This document shows positions 63,779 through 64,000 of a stretch of DNA of 64,000 nt, piece by piece; the first letter of the stretch is position 1, and each line of letters begins with the position of its first letter. This stretch comes from Patescibacteria group bacterium. GTDB lineage: Bacteria > Patescibacteriota > Patescibacteriia > JBHPGJ01. The stretch is from positions 2,223-66,222 of the forward strand of contig JBHPGJ010000004.1 of NCBI GenBank assembly GCA_042570545.1, in the 5' to 3' direction. The position numbers and the translations under genes were made by a program. The notes beneath the pieces were generated by a model. The model made no database searches, was not told where the DNA came from, and saw only the letters and a program-made list of their open reading frames with translations.

Positions 63779-64000
63779 TGTTTTTTTGTCCGCTACGATG
63801 TTTGAATAGGAAAGACTCCGAGTGGAATATTTAATCAACTCTTCCGGATTCTGGCGCCATTCGCCGCGCCACAAATCTCTGATTTCCTCGGCAATACTTT
63901 TTTCTTTAATCAGTATCTGTTCCTTGATTGGATTAAGAAAAATTGATTCATCCTCACCCTTACTGTTTTTTTTAGCGATTTTGTGAAGTCCATTATTGGC
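63779..64000 (-). CDS. C-terminal part of an unidentified ORF entering from beyond the window end
   Basis: The minus-strand open frame from 64000 runs to a TGA at ~63779 (…IAEEIRDLWRGEWRQNPEELIKYSTRSLSYSNIVADKKTN). It is absent from the ORF track and its identity is unknown. Confidence 0.2.

Noticed and set aside
1-64000. CRISPR arrays, rRNA genes, transposases and integrases
   Set aside because: No regularly spaced direct repeats, no rRNA-like conserved stretches and no transposase or integrase-like ORFs were seen in any frame.

Overview
This 64-kb window is AT-rich with a minus-strand bias and looks like a small-genome bacterium, probably Candidate Phyla Radiation/Patescibacteria. The gene content points that way: a tandem array of Thr/Asn-rich surface proteins, an archaeal-type UMP kinase, several Nudix genes and short tightly overlapping genes. 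Housekeeping blocks are easy to recognise. A glycolytic operon runs pgk-eno-gpmI, with gpmI truncated at the window start. A division and cell-wall cluster runs mraZ-rsmH-ftsL-ftsI-murF. Also present are rplJ-rplL, xseA-xseB, uppS, uppP, mutM/fpg, trxB, HU, a DEAD-box helicase, pcm, mltG, mannose-1-P guanylyltransferase and tRNA-Pro(CGG). A LexA plus Y-family polymerase (DinB) cassette is transcribed divergently from mraZ. The intergenic region between them carries three TTATCCAC(A/C) DnaA-box-like 9-mers (two perfect), which read as GTGG repeats on the mraZ strand. Accessory-looking content falls into four groups. (i) A ~10-gene minus-strand operon (12.7-23.4 kb) encodes paralogous membrane-anchored proteins with a conserved N-terminal anchor, a Thr/Asn-rich linker and shuffled C-terminal domains. 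Two of these genes share near-identical 5' ends, and more family members lie at 56, 58-59 and 63 kb. (ii) A ~1.1-kb ORF-free, comparatively GC-rich block (7.8-8.9 kb) has nested stems and repeated GGGAAaTCGGAT motifs; I read it as a large structured RNA. (iii) A strong promoter drives a ~360-nt leader, a 56-aa CxxC zinc-ribbon ORF (SD AAGGAGG) and a terminator; the ORF is absent from the ORF track. (iv) Other candidates are small SD-preceded or leaderless ORFs, an alpha/beta-hydrolase-Nudix fusion, a standalone PolX 8-kDa-like HhH protein ahead of fpg, an ATP-cone/Mrr-like nuclease beside the tRNA, a tandem CxxC-x17-CxxC protein, and a 25-nt tRNA 3'-end-like fragment. No CRISPR array, rRNA, transposase or integrase was seen.
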